From contig JADKBR010000001.1 in NCBI GenBank assembly GCA_016714975.1, forward strand, positions 635,074-699,073: DNA of 64,000 nucleotides. Reading direction: 5' to 3'. The notes below the pieces were generated by a model, which was not told the DNA's origin, made no database searches, and saw only the letters and a program-made list of their open reading frames with translations. Source of the stretch: Candidatus Dechloromonas phosphorivorans. Lineage in GTDB: Bacteria; Pseudomonadota; Gammaproteobacteria; Burkholderiales; Rhodocyclaceae. Below, piece after piece: positions 37,453 to 46,696 of this stretch (positions are counted from its first letter, which is position 1; each line of letters starts with the position of its first letter). Made by a program: the position numbers and the translations under genes.

Positions 37453-38385
37453 TTGCCCGCAACTCTTTTCCAGTCATCCATTACCAGCTTGCCATTGCTC
37501 TCGCGGGGCAAGGTCCGCGACATTTACGCGATCGACGCCGACAAACTGCTGATTATCACCAGCGACCGACTGTCGGCCTTCGACGTCGTCCTGCCCGACC
37601 CGATTCCGCGCAAGGGCGAGGTGCTGACTGCCGTCGCCGATTTCTGGTTCGAGAAGCTCGGCCACATCGTACCCAACCAGTTGACGGGGATCGATCCGGA
37701 ATCGGTCGTCGCCGCGAGCGAGTGCGAGCAGGTGCGCGGCCGTTCCGTCGTCGCCCGGCGTCTGCGGCCGCTACCGATCGAAGCTGTCGTGCGCGGCTAC
37801 GTGATCGGCAGCGGCTGGAACGACTACCGGGCGACCGGCGGCATCTGCGGCATCGCGCTACCGCCCGGACTCAAGATGGCGGCCCGATTGCCAGCGCCGA
37901 TCTTCACGCCGGCCACCAAGGCGGCGGTCGGCGACCACGACGAAAACGTCTCTTTCGAGCAGGCCCAGGCCAACTGCCAGGCCGCGCTGGCCGAAGCCCT
38001 CGCAGGCACCGGAAAGAACGGCGCCGACCTGTGCGCGGAAGCTCGCGACGCCGCCATCCGCTTGTACGAGGAAGCGTCGGCCTATGCCGCGACGCGCGGG
38101 ATCATCATCGCCGACACCAAGTTCGAATTCGGCATCGACAACACCGGCACGCTGCACCTGATCGACGAGGCGCTGACCCCGGACTCCTCGCGCTTCTGGC
38201 CGGCTGACCAGTACCAGGAAGGCCGCAACCCGCCGTCCTACGACAAGCAGTATGTCCGCGACTATCTGGAAACGCTCGACTGGGGCAAGAAGGCGCCCGG
38301 CCCGAAGCTGCCTGCCGACGTCATCGCCAGGACCAGCGCCAAGTACATCGAGGCATACGAGCGACTGACCGGCCTCAGCTTGTAG
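37453..38385 (+). CDS. purC: Phosphoribosylaminoimidazole-succinocarboxamide synthase
   Basis: [35 protein letters not shown]; TTG start at 37453 preferred because TATAAT at 37419-37424 lies immediately before the GTG at 37426. Confidence 0.95.
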   Translation: MPATLFQSSITSLPLLSRGKVRDIYAIDADKLLIITSDRLSAFDVVLPDPIPRKGEVLTAVADFWFEKLGHIVPNQLTGIDPESVVAASECEQVRGRSVVARRLRPLPIEAVVRGYVIGSGWNDYRATGGICGIALPPGLKMAARLPAPIFTPATKAAVGDHDENVSFEQAQANCQAALAEALAGTGKNGADLCAEARDAAIRLYEEASAYAATRGIIIADTKFEFGIDNTGTLHLIDEALTPDSSRFWPADQYQEGRNPPSYDKQYVRDYLETLDWGKKAPGPKLPADVIARTSAKYIEAYERLTGLSL

Positions 38386-38431
38386 GCCGTTTTCGCGAAC
38401 CTGACCCGCTTGGCGCGGTCGGAGCAAGACA

Positions 38432-39226
38432 ATGATTTGGGAGGGCGCTTTCTTGAATACCTCGTTTGACCGGGCCAGCCAGTCCACCACCACCCCGAAC
38501 ATCCGCCGCGTGCCGGCCGGGCGGATTGCCTCCTGGCTGCAAGCCGGCTGGCGCGACCTGGCGGCCAACCCGATTCCCAGCCTGGCTTATGGACTGCTGT
38601 TCGGGATCGGCGGCGACCTCATCCTGCTTGCCAGTCTCGGCCGCCCTCACCTGTTCACGGCAGCGCTCTCCGGATTTTTTCTGCTCGCGCCGTTGCTCGC
38701 CGTCGGCCTTTATGAATTGAGCCGCCAGCATGCGGCGGGAACCCGCCCCACTTTCATTGATTCACTCCAGGCCTTTCGCGGCAACGGCCGGTCGATTGCG
38801 CTGTTCGGCCTGGCGCTGGGAACGATCACCCTGATCTGGGAACGCGCCTCGGAGATCGGCTTCAAATTGCTCGGCGGCGCACACGGGGACAACATCAAGC
38901 AGTTCATTTCCGAAGCGGTCGCCAACAGCGACAATACGGTTTTCCTGATTCTCTGGTTCGCCCTCGGCGGCTCGCTAGCCTTGGTCACCTATGCTTTCAG
39001 CATCGTCACGGTGCCGCTGATGGTCGACCGCAACGCCAACTTCGTCACGGCGGTTCTCGCCAGCCTCGAGGCCTTTGCCGCCAACACCCTGACGTTACTG
39101 ATCTGGGGAGCAACCATTGTCGTGCTGACGCTGCTCGGATTTGTGACGCTGCTCTTCGGGCTGGTCGTCATCATGCCCGTTCTTGGTCATGCTTCCTGGC
39201 ATGCCTATCGCGACCTTGTGGAATGA
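38432..39226 (+). CDS. DUF2189 family integral membrane protein
   Basis: WLQAGWRDL, GFFLLAPLLAVGLYELSR, PVLGHASWHAYRDLV; multiple TMs. Confidence 0.85.
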   Translation: MIWEGAFLNTSFDRASQSTTTPNIRRVPAGRIASWLQAGWRDLAANPIPSLAYGLLFGIGGDLILLASLGRPHLFTAALSGFFLLAPLLAVGLYELSRQHAAGTRPTFIDSLQAFRGNGRSIALFGLALGTITLIWERASEIGFKLLGGAHGDNIKQFISEAVANSDNTVFLILWFALGGSLALVTYAFSIVTVPLMVDRNANFVTAVLASLEAFAANTLTLLIWGATIVVLTLLGFVTLLFGLVVIMPVLGHASWHAYRDLVE

Positions 39227-39281
39227 GTACACCAGCCAACCCGACGGGTGCTGATGCCATCCGTTTTTCCTGCCTGAAGAA

Positions 39282-41336
39282 ATGAACGCCACCAATCCCC
39301 TTCTCGATTTCTCGGACCTGCCGCGCTTCGACCTCGTCCAACCCGAACATGTCAAACCGGCCGTCGAATCACTGTTGACCGCAGGACGCGAGCTGATTTT
39401 CCTTCTCACCGAAGAAGCCACGCCCGCCACCTGGAAGGATTTCGCCGGCGCGCTGGCCGAGGGACTCGAACCACTTGGTCGTGCCTGGGGCATCGTCGGT
39501 CACCTGCATTCGGTCAACGATGTGCCGGCCTGGCGCGAGGCATACAACGAGATGCTGCCGGAAGTATCGCGCTTCTACGCCGAACTCGGCCAGAACCTGA
39601 AGCTGTTCGAGAAGTACAAGGCAGTGCGCGCTAGCAGCAAATATGCGACGCTCACCCGCGAGCAGAAAAGGGTCGTCGACAATGAAATCCGTGATTTCCG
39701 CCTGAGCGGCGCCGAATTGCCCGAAGACCAGAAGCCGCGCTTCCAGGCCATCTCGGAAGAGTTGTCGCATCTCTCGGCCAAGTTCGCCGAAAACCTGCTC
39801 GATGCAACCAACGCCTTTGTCGAAGTCGTCAGCGACGAGACCCTGCTTTCCGGACTGCCTGACGACATCAAACAAGCCGCCAAGGCCGCCGCCGAGAAGG
39901 CCGGCGTCACCGGCTGGCGCTTCAGCCTGCAGGCCCCCTCCTACGGCCCAGTGATGCAGTACGCCGACAACCGCGACCTACGCACCCGCATGTACCGTGC
40001 CTACGCTATTCGCGCCGCCGAGTTCCACGACAGCAGCAATCAGCCGGAATGGGACAACACGCCGGTCATCCAGCGCATGCTGGAACTGCGCCGGGAAGAG
40101 GCGAGGATGCTCGGCTTCGACAATTTCGCCGAGGTCTCGCTGGCACCCAAGATGGCCGACACGCCGCACCAGGTACTGGCTTTCCTGCGTGAACTGGCGG
40201 CCAAGGCCCGGCCTTTTGCCGAAAGGGACATCGCCGAGTTGCGCGCATTCGCCAGCGATGAGCTCGCGATCGCCGACTTCCAGCCCTGGGATGCTGCCTA
40301 CGCTTCCGAAAAGCTGTTGCAGAAGCGCTACGCCTTCTCCGAACAGGAAGTGAAACAGTATTTCACCGAACCTGGGGTGCTGGCGGGGCTGTTCTTGGTC
40401 ATCGAGAGCCTCTTCAACGTCAGGGTCAAGCCGGACACGGCGCCGGTCTGGCATGAAGACGTCCGCTTCTACCGGCTGGAAACCCTGGCCGGCAAACTCG
40501 TCGGCCAGTTTTACCTCGACCTCTACGCGCGCGAGACCAAGCGCGGCGGCGCCTGGATGGACGAAGCCCGCGCCCGGCACCGCAGCGCCGGCGGCATCCA
40601 GAAGCCGATCGCCTTCCTGAACTGCAATTTCGCCCGCCCGGTCGGCGACAAGCCGGGCACCTTGACGCACGACGAAGTCATCACACTCTTTCACGAGACC
40701 GGCCACGGCCTGCACCATCTGCTGACGCGCGGCGAGGAACTGGGCGTTTCCGGCATCCACGGCGTCGAGTGGGATGCTGTCGAACTGCCGTCGCAGTTCA
40801 TGGAGAACTACTGCTGGGAATGGCGGGTACTGCAGGGCATGACGGTACACGTGGATAGCGGCGCCCCGCTGCCGCGCGACCTGTTCGACAAGATGCTGGC
40901 GGCGAAGAACTTCCAGAGCGGGATGATGGCACTGCGCCAGATCGAGTTCTCGCTGTTCGACATGCTGCTGCATTCGGAATTCGATCCTGACGGGCCGTCG
41001 AGCGTGATGGACCTGCTCAATACCGTCCGCAGGGAAGTCGCCGTCCTTTTCCCACCCGAATGGCACCGCTTTCCGAACAGCTTCTCGCATATTTTTGCCG
41101 GCGGTTACGGCGCCGGCTACTTCAGCTACAAGTGGGCCGAGGTGCTTTCCGCTGACGCTTACGCGGCCTTCGAGGAAGCCGGCGACCCGTTCGACGCCAC
41201 GGTTGGCAAGCGCTTCCTCGACGAGATTCTGGCGGTCGGCGGCTCGCGCCCGGCGATCGAATCGTTCACGGCATTTCGCGGACGCGAGCCGCGGGCTGAT
41301 GCATTGCTGCGTCACAGCGGTATGATTACAGCGTAA
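39282..41336 (+). CDS. prlC: Oligopeptidase A (M3 peptidase)
   Basis: NPLL start, KRGGAWM, HETGHGLH zinc motif, DAVELPSQFME, YFSYKWAEVL. Confidence 0.95.
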   Translation: MNATNPLLDFSDLPRFDLVQPEHVKPAVESLLTAGRELIFLLTEEATPATWKDFAGALAEGLEPLGRAWGIVGHLHSVNDVPAWREAYNEMLPEVSRFYAELGQNLKLFEKYKAVRASSKYATLTREQKRVVDNEIRDFRLSGAELPEDQKPRFQAISEELSHLSAKFAENLLDATNAFVEVVSDETLLSGLPDDIKQAAKAAAEKAGVTGWRFSLQAPSYGPVMQYADNRDLRTRMYRAYAIRAAEFHDSSNQPEWDNTPVIQRMLELRREEARMLGFDNFAEVSLAPKMADTPHQVLAFLRELAAKARPFAERDIAELRAFASDELAIADFQPWDAAYASEKLLQKRYAFSEQEVKQYFTEPGVLAGLFLVIESLFNVRVKPDTAPVWHEDVRFYRLETLAGKLVGQFYLDLYARETKRGGAWMDEARARHRSAGGIQKPIAFLNCNFARPVGDKPGTLTHDEVITLFHETGHGLHHLLTRGEELGVSGIHGVEWDAVELPSQFMENYCWEWRVLQGMTVHVDSGAPLPRDLFDKMLAAKNFQSGMMALRQIEFSLFDMLLHSEFDPDGPSSVMDLLNTVRREVAVLFPPEWHRFPNSFSHIFAGGYGAGYFSYKWAEVLSADAYAAFEEAGDPFDATVGKRFLDEILAVGGSRPAIESFTAFRGREPRADALLRHSGMITA

Positions 41337-41359
41337 GCAATTGCCGAGGGAGAAAGAAG

Positions 41360-41848
41360 ATGCGCCGCCTGCTCGTTCTATGCCTGGCCTTGTCCAGCCT
41401 TGCTGTTTCCGCCGAGACCTACCGCTGGGTCGATCCGCAGGGTCGCACCGTCATCTCCGACACCCCGCCCCCGGGCCGCGCCCGCGACGTCAGCAAATCA
41501 GGGGCCGGCGGCCCGAACACCGACAACCAGCCCTATGCGGTCCGCCTAGCAGCCGAGAACTATCCGGTCATCCTCTATACGTCGGCCGACTGCACCAAGG
41601 AGTGCAAGGATGCGCGCGACCTGCTCAACAGCCGCGGCGTGCCCTTCTCCGAAAGGATGGTGCAGAAACAGGAAGACGTCGATGAGTTGAAACAGCTCGT
41701 CGGCGACACCTTCGTACCGGCGCTCAAGGTCGGCAAGCAGAGTTTCCGCGGCTTCGAAGCGGGAGCCTACAACAATCTGCTCGATCTCGCCGGCTATCCG
41801 AAGACCGCGGCCTACGGCACCAAGCCGTCCGGCGGCCTGGCGAAGTGA
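41360..41848 (+). CDS. Exported DUF4124 + glutaredoxin-like protein
   Basis: Signal peptide, [28 protein letters not shown]...VP thioredoxin fold. Confidence 0.82.
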   Translation: MRRLLVLCLALSSLAVSAETYRWVDPQGRTVISDTPPPGRARDVSKSGAGGPNTDNQPYAVRLAAENYPVILYTSADCTKECKDARDLLNSRGVPFSERMVQKQEDVDELKQLVGDTFVPALKVGKQSFRGFEAGAYNNLLDLAGYPKTAAYGTKPSGGLAK

Positions 41849-42609
41849 AGATCGCGAGCTGGAACGTAAATTCGCTGAAGGTGCGCCTGCCGCAGCTGCT
41901 CGACTGGCTGGCTGATCAACAACCCGATGTCCTGTGCCTGCAGGAAACCAAGCTTGAGGATCACAACTTTCCGCGCGCCGAGATCGAGGCGGCTGGCTAT
42001 CAGGTCGCCTTTTCCGGGCAGAAGACCTATAACGGAGTCGCCCTGCTCGCCCGCCAGCCGCTCAAGGACGTGATCTGCGGCAACCCCTGCTTTCACGACG
42101 AGCAGAAACGGCTGATTGCCGGCACCGTCGGCGATGTCCGCGTCATCTGCGCCTACATCCCGAATGGCCAGGCGGTCGGCAGTGAAAAGTACGATTACAA
42201 GCTGCGCTGGCTCGATGCCCTGACCGGGTGGCTGGCGGATGAGATTGCCGCGCACCCGAACCTGGCGCTGTGCGGCGACTACAACATCGCGCCCGACGAC
42301 CGCGACGTTCATGATCCGAATGCCTGGGCCGGCCAGATCCTCTGTTCGGAACCCGAACGCAGCGCCTTCCAGCGCCTGCTCGGTCTCGGCCTCGAGGACA
42401 CTTTCCGACTGTTCGCGCAGCCCGAGAAGACCTTCTCGTGGTGGGACTACCGCATGCTGGGTTTCCAGAAGAACCTCGGTCTGCGCATCGACCACGTGCT
42501 GCTTTCAACTGCCCTGGCAACGCGGTGCACGGCAGCCGGCATCGACCGCGCGCCGCGCAAGCGCGAGCGCCCCTCGGACCATGCCCCGGTCTGGGCTAGC
42601 ATTGCCTGA
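41845..42609 (+). CDS. xth: Exodeoxyribonuclease III
   Basis: SWNVNS, LQETK, GDYNIAP, WWDYR, RIDH, SDHAP. Confidence 0.95.
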   Translation: MKIASWNVNSLKVRLPQLLDWLADQQPDVLCLQETKLEDHNFPRAEIEAAGYQVAFSGQKTYNGVALLARQPLKDVICGNPCFHDEQKRLIAGTVGDVRVICAYIPNGQAVGSEKYDYKLRWLDALTGWLADEIAAHPNLALCGDYNIAPDDRDVHDPNAWAGQILCSEPERSAFQRLLGLGLEDTFRLFAQPEKTFSWWDYRMLGFQKNLGLRIDHVLLSTALATRCTAAGIDRAPRKRERPSDHAPVWASIA

Positions 42610-42613
42610 AATC

Positions 42614-43279
42614 ATGCTGGACACGGTCGACCGGGAAAGTCTGCTGAATCTGTACCCCGCTCTGGCCGGCCTGCCGGACGAGCGACTGGATGCGCTGCTC
42701 CGTCTGGCTGCGCTGGAACTCCCGGCCGGGAGCCCGCTCTTTGCCGAGCATCAGCCCTGCCAGGGGTTCCCGCTGTTGCTCGCAGGCAGCATCCGCGTGG
42801 TCAAGCAATCGGCGACCGGCCGCGAACTGATGTTGTACCGCGTTGCACCCGGCGGCTCCTGCATCATCACGTCGAGCTGCCTGCTCGGGCGCAGCGACTA
42901 CAATGCCCTTGGCATCGCCGAGACGCCACTGCGACTGCTGCTTGTGCCGGCGCCGGCTTTCGCTCAACTCATGCTCGACCACGAACCGTTTCGCGACTTC
43001 GTGTTTCACCTCTTTGCCGAGCGCATCGCCGAACTGATGCAACTGGTCGAGGAGGTTGCTTTCAGTCGCCTCGACCGGCGACTCGCCAGGCTGATCGTGG
43101 CCCAGGACAAGCCGGTTCTGAATGTCACCCACCAGCAGTTGGCCGATGAACTGGGCAGCGTCCGCGAAATCGTCAGCCGCCTGCTCAAGGGCTTTGCCGA
43201 ACAGGGACTGGTGGCGCTTGGCCGCGAACAACTGACGGTGACCGACCGCGCCGGCCTGCAGAAAATCGCTGCTCTGTGA
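42614..43279 (+). CDS. Crp/Fnr family transcriptional regulator
   Basis: cNMP-binding fold (GSIRVVKQSATGRELMLY), HTH THQQLADELGSVREIVSRLL; start reassigned to ATG 42614. Confidence 0.92.
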   Translation: MLDTVDRESLLNLYPALAGLPDERLDALLRLAALELPAGSPLFAEHQPCQGFPLLLAGSIRVVKQSATGRELMLYRVAPGGSCIITSSCLLGRSDYNALGIAETPLRLLLVPAPAFAQLMLDHEPFRDFVFHLFAERIAELMQLVEEVAFSRLDRRLARLIVAQDKPVLNVTHQQLADELGSVREIVSRLLKGFAEQGLVALGREQLTVTDRAGLQKIAAL

Positions 43280-43317
43280 CTCAGGTTACATACATGGTCC
43301 GTAGCCACCACTACAAT
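43275..43317 (+). promoter_or_regulatory. Putative class II Crp/Fnr-activated promoter for the DUF2892 gene
   Basis: TGTGA-CTCAGG-TTACA (43275-43290; one mismatch to TGTGA-N6-TCACA) plus TACAAT -10 (43312-43317); site centre at -41.5. Confidence 0.7.
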
Positions 43318-43352
43318 GAACCTCGTAATCACAACCTGATGGAGAACTGATC

Positions 43353-43541
43353 ATGAAAATCAATGTTGGCGGAATCGACAAGATCCTGCGTATCACCGTG
43401 GGTCTAGCGTTGATTGCCTGGGCTCTGGCGGGCGGCCCGGTGTGGGCCTGGGTCGGCGTCGTTCCCCTGGCGACCGGCGCCATAGGCTGGTGTCCGGCCT
43501 ACAACCTGTTCGGCATGAACACCTGCCCGACCAGGAAATAG
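43353..43541 (+). CDS. DUF2892 (YgaP-like) small membrane protein
   Basis: NVGGIDKILRI...two TMs...GWCPAYNLFGMNTC; GGAG RBS. Confidence 0.9.
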   Translation: MKINVGGIDKILRITVGLALIAWALAGGPVWAWVGVVPLATGAIGWCPAYNLFGMNTCPTRK

Positions 43542-43559
43542 GCGGGCTCACCGTCCGCG

Positions 43560-43586
43560 AAAAACCCGCCGGCGGCGGGTTTTTTT
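43560..43586. terminator. Bidirectional intrinsic terminator between convergent DUF2892 and rsmA
   Basis: AAAAACCCGCC-GGC-GGCGGGTTTTTTT hairpin with A and T tails. Confidence 0.85.
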
Positions 43587-44391
43587 ATGTCACCGGCGAA
43601 GTCGGTGATGGTATCCCTTGCGGACATGTCAGATAGTTGGCGATGCGCACGTAATCGGCCACTGGGACGTCTTCGGCGCGCAGCGTCGGGACGATGCCGA
43701 GGTCGGCAAACCCGGCATCGCCCAAGATGCCCTTGAGGGTATTGCGCAGCATCTTCCGGCGCTGGGAAAAGGCGGTCTGGACAACTATCGCCAGCTTTCC
43801 CGGGTCTCCCGCATCGAGTTCGGAGACATCCCTGGGGATCAGGCGCACGACCGCCGACCGGACCCTCGGCGGCGGGTCGAAACTCTCGGGCGGCACGTCA
43901 ATCAGCCACTCGATGTGGAAGCGGTACTGCAGCATGACCGAGATCCGGCTGAAATCGGAGTCGCCGGGCACGGCAACCATGCGCTCGACGACTTCCTTTT
44001 GCAGCATGAAATGCATGTCGCGAACGCTGCTCGCATACTCCGCCAAGTGAAACAGCAGAGGCGTCGAGATGTTGTACGGCAGATTGCCGACCAAGCGCAG
44101 ATTGGTGCCGAGGGTGGCAAAGTTGAAGGCAAGCGCATCGCCTTCGTGGATCGTCATGCGCTCCCGAGTGTGCTGCCCTTTCAGACGGAATATCAGGTCG
44201 CGATCGATCTCGACGACGTGCAAGTGATCGAGTCGCGCCAGCAGCGGCCCGGTAATCGCCCCCAGTCCGGGACCGATCTCGACCACCATGTCGCCACGCT
44301 GCGGGTTGATGACCGAAACGATGGCACTGATGATGCTGCGGTCGACCAGAAAATTCTGGCCAAACCGCTTGCGGGCAACATGTCCTTTCAC
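43585..44391 (-). CDS. rsmA: 16S rRNA adenine dimethyltransferase
   Basis: [39 protein letters not shown]. Confidence 0.96.
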   Translation of the reverse strand: MKGHVARKRFGQNFLVDRSIISAIVSVINPQRGDMVVEIGPGLGAITGPLLARLDHLHVVEIDRDLIFRLKGQHTRERMTIHEGDALAFNFATLGTNLRLVGNLPYNISTPLLFHLAEYASSVRDMHFMLQKEVVERMVAVPGDSDFSRISVMLQYRFHIEWLIDVPPESFDPPPRVRSAVVRLIPRDVSELDAGDPGKLAIVVQTAFSQRRKMLRNTLKGILGDAGFADLGIVPTLRAEDVPVADYVRIANYLTCPQGIPSPTSPVT

Positions 44392-45384
44392 TGGACTGCA
44401 GATTTCCCGGCGGCCATGCGCTCCGCCTCGGCCAGCGCCGCGAACAGGCTGCCCGGATCGGCACCGCCCGTTCCAGCCAGTTGGAGCGCGGTGCCGTGGT
44501 CGACCGAGGTACGAATGACCGGCAAACCCAATGTCACGTTGATGCCGTGGCCGAAGGTAGCGTACTTGAGCACCGTCAATCCCTGGTCATGGTACATCGC
44601 CAGAACGGCATCCCCCTGTCCCAACCGGGGTGGCGTGAACAGGGTATCGGCAGGATGCGGGCCGCTCACAAGCATGCCCTGTGCCCGCAGCTTTTCGAGA
44701 ACCGGCGCGATCACCTCGATTTCCTCGGTACCCAGATAACCCCCTTCGCCGGCATGCGGGTTGAGCCCGGCGACCAGGATGCGCGGCGTCGCCAGCCCGT
44801 ACCTTGCCCTGAGATCGGCGTTCAGAATGTGCAGCGTGCGCTCCAGCAGATCCCGCGTGATCGCTGCCGGCACTTCCTTCAGAGGCAGGTGAGTCGTCGC
44901 CAGCGCGACACGCAGCGGGCCATTCCGGGTGCTGCCGGCGAGCATCATGACGACGAGCGGCGTGCCCGTCTTTTCGGCAAGATATTCGGTATGGCCGGTG
45001 AAACGGATGCCCGCTTCGTTGATGACGCCCTTGTGCACCGGCGCCGTGACCATCGCCGCAAACTCGCCGGAACGGCAGCCCGCCAGAGCGCGGTCAAGCA
45101 GCGCCAGGACGTAGGCAGCATTGGCGGGGTCGAGCCGGCCAGCCACGGAAGGAGTCGCAAGGGGAATGTGGAAGCAAATCGAGGCAATTGCGGTCGACCG
45201 GATTTTCCGGGTGAAAATCACGCAGGGCGACGTTCAGGCCGATCGCCGCAGCCCGTTCGGCAAGCAGGCCTCGGTCCCCGAGAATGACCGGCTGCGCCTC
45301 CCCCTGGCGACCAGCCAGACGCAGGCAGAGCTCCGGCCCGATTCCCGCCGGTTCGCCGCTGGTGACGGCGATGCGCACCGGCAC
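44388..45384 (-). pseudogene. pdxA: 4-hydroxythreonine-4-phosphate dehydrogenase, split by a one-base frameshift near 45170 (pseudogene or sequence error)
   Basis: N-terminal part (IAVTSGEPAGIGPEL) in ORF 45094-45384; remainder ([33 protein letters not shown]) in ORF 44388-45221; removing one base in GAT TTG CTT C CAC ATT joins them. Confidence 0.8.
45190..45219 (+). repeat. Dispersed motif copy inside pdxA
   Basis: GCGGTCGACCGGATTTTCCGGGTGAAAATC. Confidence 0.6.
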
Positions 45385-46691
45385 TATTTCTCTTCGAGAC
45401 GAATTTCGACGTAAGCGCGGTCGCGCGTCTGGCGCAGCCAGTCCTGATAGGCGTCATCAAGTTTGCGCTCGCGCAAGGCCTGCCGGGCAGCTGCCCGCTG
45501 ACGCTCCTCGGACACATCGCGCTGGCGACGCTCGAGAACCTGGATAACGTGCATGCCGAACGGTGACTGAACCACCGGGCTGAGCTCCTTGTCCTTCAGC
45601 GCATCCATCGCCCGCTCGAATTCGGGCACCGTATCGCCCGGGCTGATCCAGCCGAGATCGCCTCCTTTGGCGGCGGAACCGTCCTGCGAATAGAGGCGCG
45701 CGAGCTCGGCAAAATCGCCGCCATTCACCAGACGCTCGCGCAGGTTCTCCATCTTGCGGCGCGCCTCTGTCTCCGAAACCACTTCGTTGATCTTGATCAG
45801 GATGTGACGGGCGTGCGTCTGCTGTATCGACGCCTGGCCTTTGCCGCCGCGCCGGCCCAGCAGTTTGACGATGTGAAATCCGGCCGAAGAACGCAGGAGG
45901 TCGCTGACTTCGCCAGGTTGCATGCGCACTGCTGTCTCGGCGTAGAGCTGCGGCAGGCGGTCGAGCGGCCGCCAGCCCAGACTTCCCCCTTGAAGCGCAT
46001 CCGGCGCATCGGAGAAAGTCGCCGTCAGTGCCGCAAAGTTTTCGCCAGCTTTCGCTCTCTTGAGCGCCTGCTCACCGCGCTGGCGCAATTTCTGCAGCTG
46101 TTCGGGACTCGCCGACTCCGGCGCCCGCAGCAGGATATGCGCAAGCTCATACTCCTCGCCACCGCCAATACTGGTCTGATTGGCCAGATACATGTCGACT
46201 TCGCCGTCGGAAATGACGATCTTGCTTTCCACCTCACGTTCGCGCAGGCGGACCATGGTCATTTCGCCCCGAATCTCCTCACGGAAAACTGCGTAGTTGA
46301 TACCGTCCTTTTCCAGCGCCAGCCTGAACTGCTGTGGCGTCATCTTGTTGTTCGCGGCGACACGGCCGATCGCCTGCTCAAGTTGGGCGTCATCCACCCT
46401 CAGCCCGGTTTCGCGGGCAAACTGTATCTGGACGCGATCCATGATCATGCGCTCGAGCAACTGACGCTCAAGGACATCCTGTGGCGGTAGCGGCGTGCCC
46501 TGCTTCTTCAGTTGCTTAAGCGCGCTGTCAAGACGCGTTCGCAGGTCGTAGAGGGTGATGACCTCGTCACCCACTACGGCGACGATGCTATCGGCCTCCA
46601 CCGGTTCCGCCGGCACCGCGCTGGCCGGCGACCAGTAGATGCCTGTCAGAAGCAGAACGAGGGCGAAAAGGGTGCGAATGGTTTGGCGCAT
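45384..46691 (-). CDS. surA: Periplasmic chaperone / PPIase SurA
   Basis: Signal peptide, SurA_N (DSIVAVVGDEVIT), two parvulin domains (GGSLGW, GGDLGW); in lptD-surA-pdxA-rsmA operon; start reassigned to 46691. Confidence 0.95.
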   Translation of the reverse strand: MRQTIRTLFALVLLLTGIYWSPASAVPAEPVEADSIVAVVGDEVITLYDLRTRLDSALKQLKKQGTPLPPQDVLERQLLERMIMDRVQIQFARETGLRVDDAQLEQAIGRVAANNKMTPQQFRLALEKDGINYAVFREEIRGEMTMVRLREREVESKIVISDGEVDMYLANQTSIGGGEEYELAHILLRAPESASPEQLQKLRQRGEQALKRAKAGENFAALTATFSDAPDALQGGSLGWRPLDRLPQLYAETAVRMQPGEVSDLLRSSAGFHIVKLLGRRGGKGQASIQQTHARHILIKINEVVSETEARRKMENLRERLVNGGDFAELARLYSQDGSAAKGGDLGWISPGDTVPEFERAMDALKDKELSPVVQSPFGMHVIQVLERRQRDVSEERQRAAARQALRERKLDDAYQDWLRQTRDRAYVEIRLEEK

Positions 46692-46696
46692 GGCGA

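Noticed and set aside
41570-41615. CxxxC instead of CxxC in the glutaredoxin-like protein
   Set aside because: As far as I recall this spacing is usual in DUF4124-glutaredoxin fusions; not evidence of novelty
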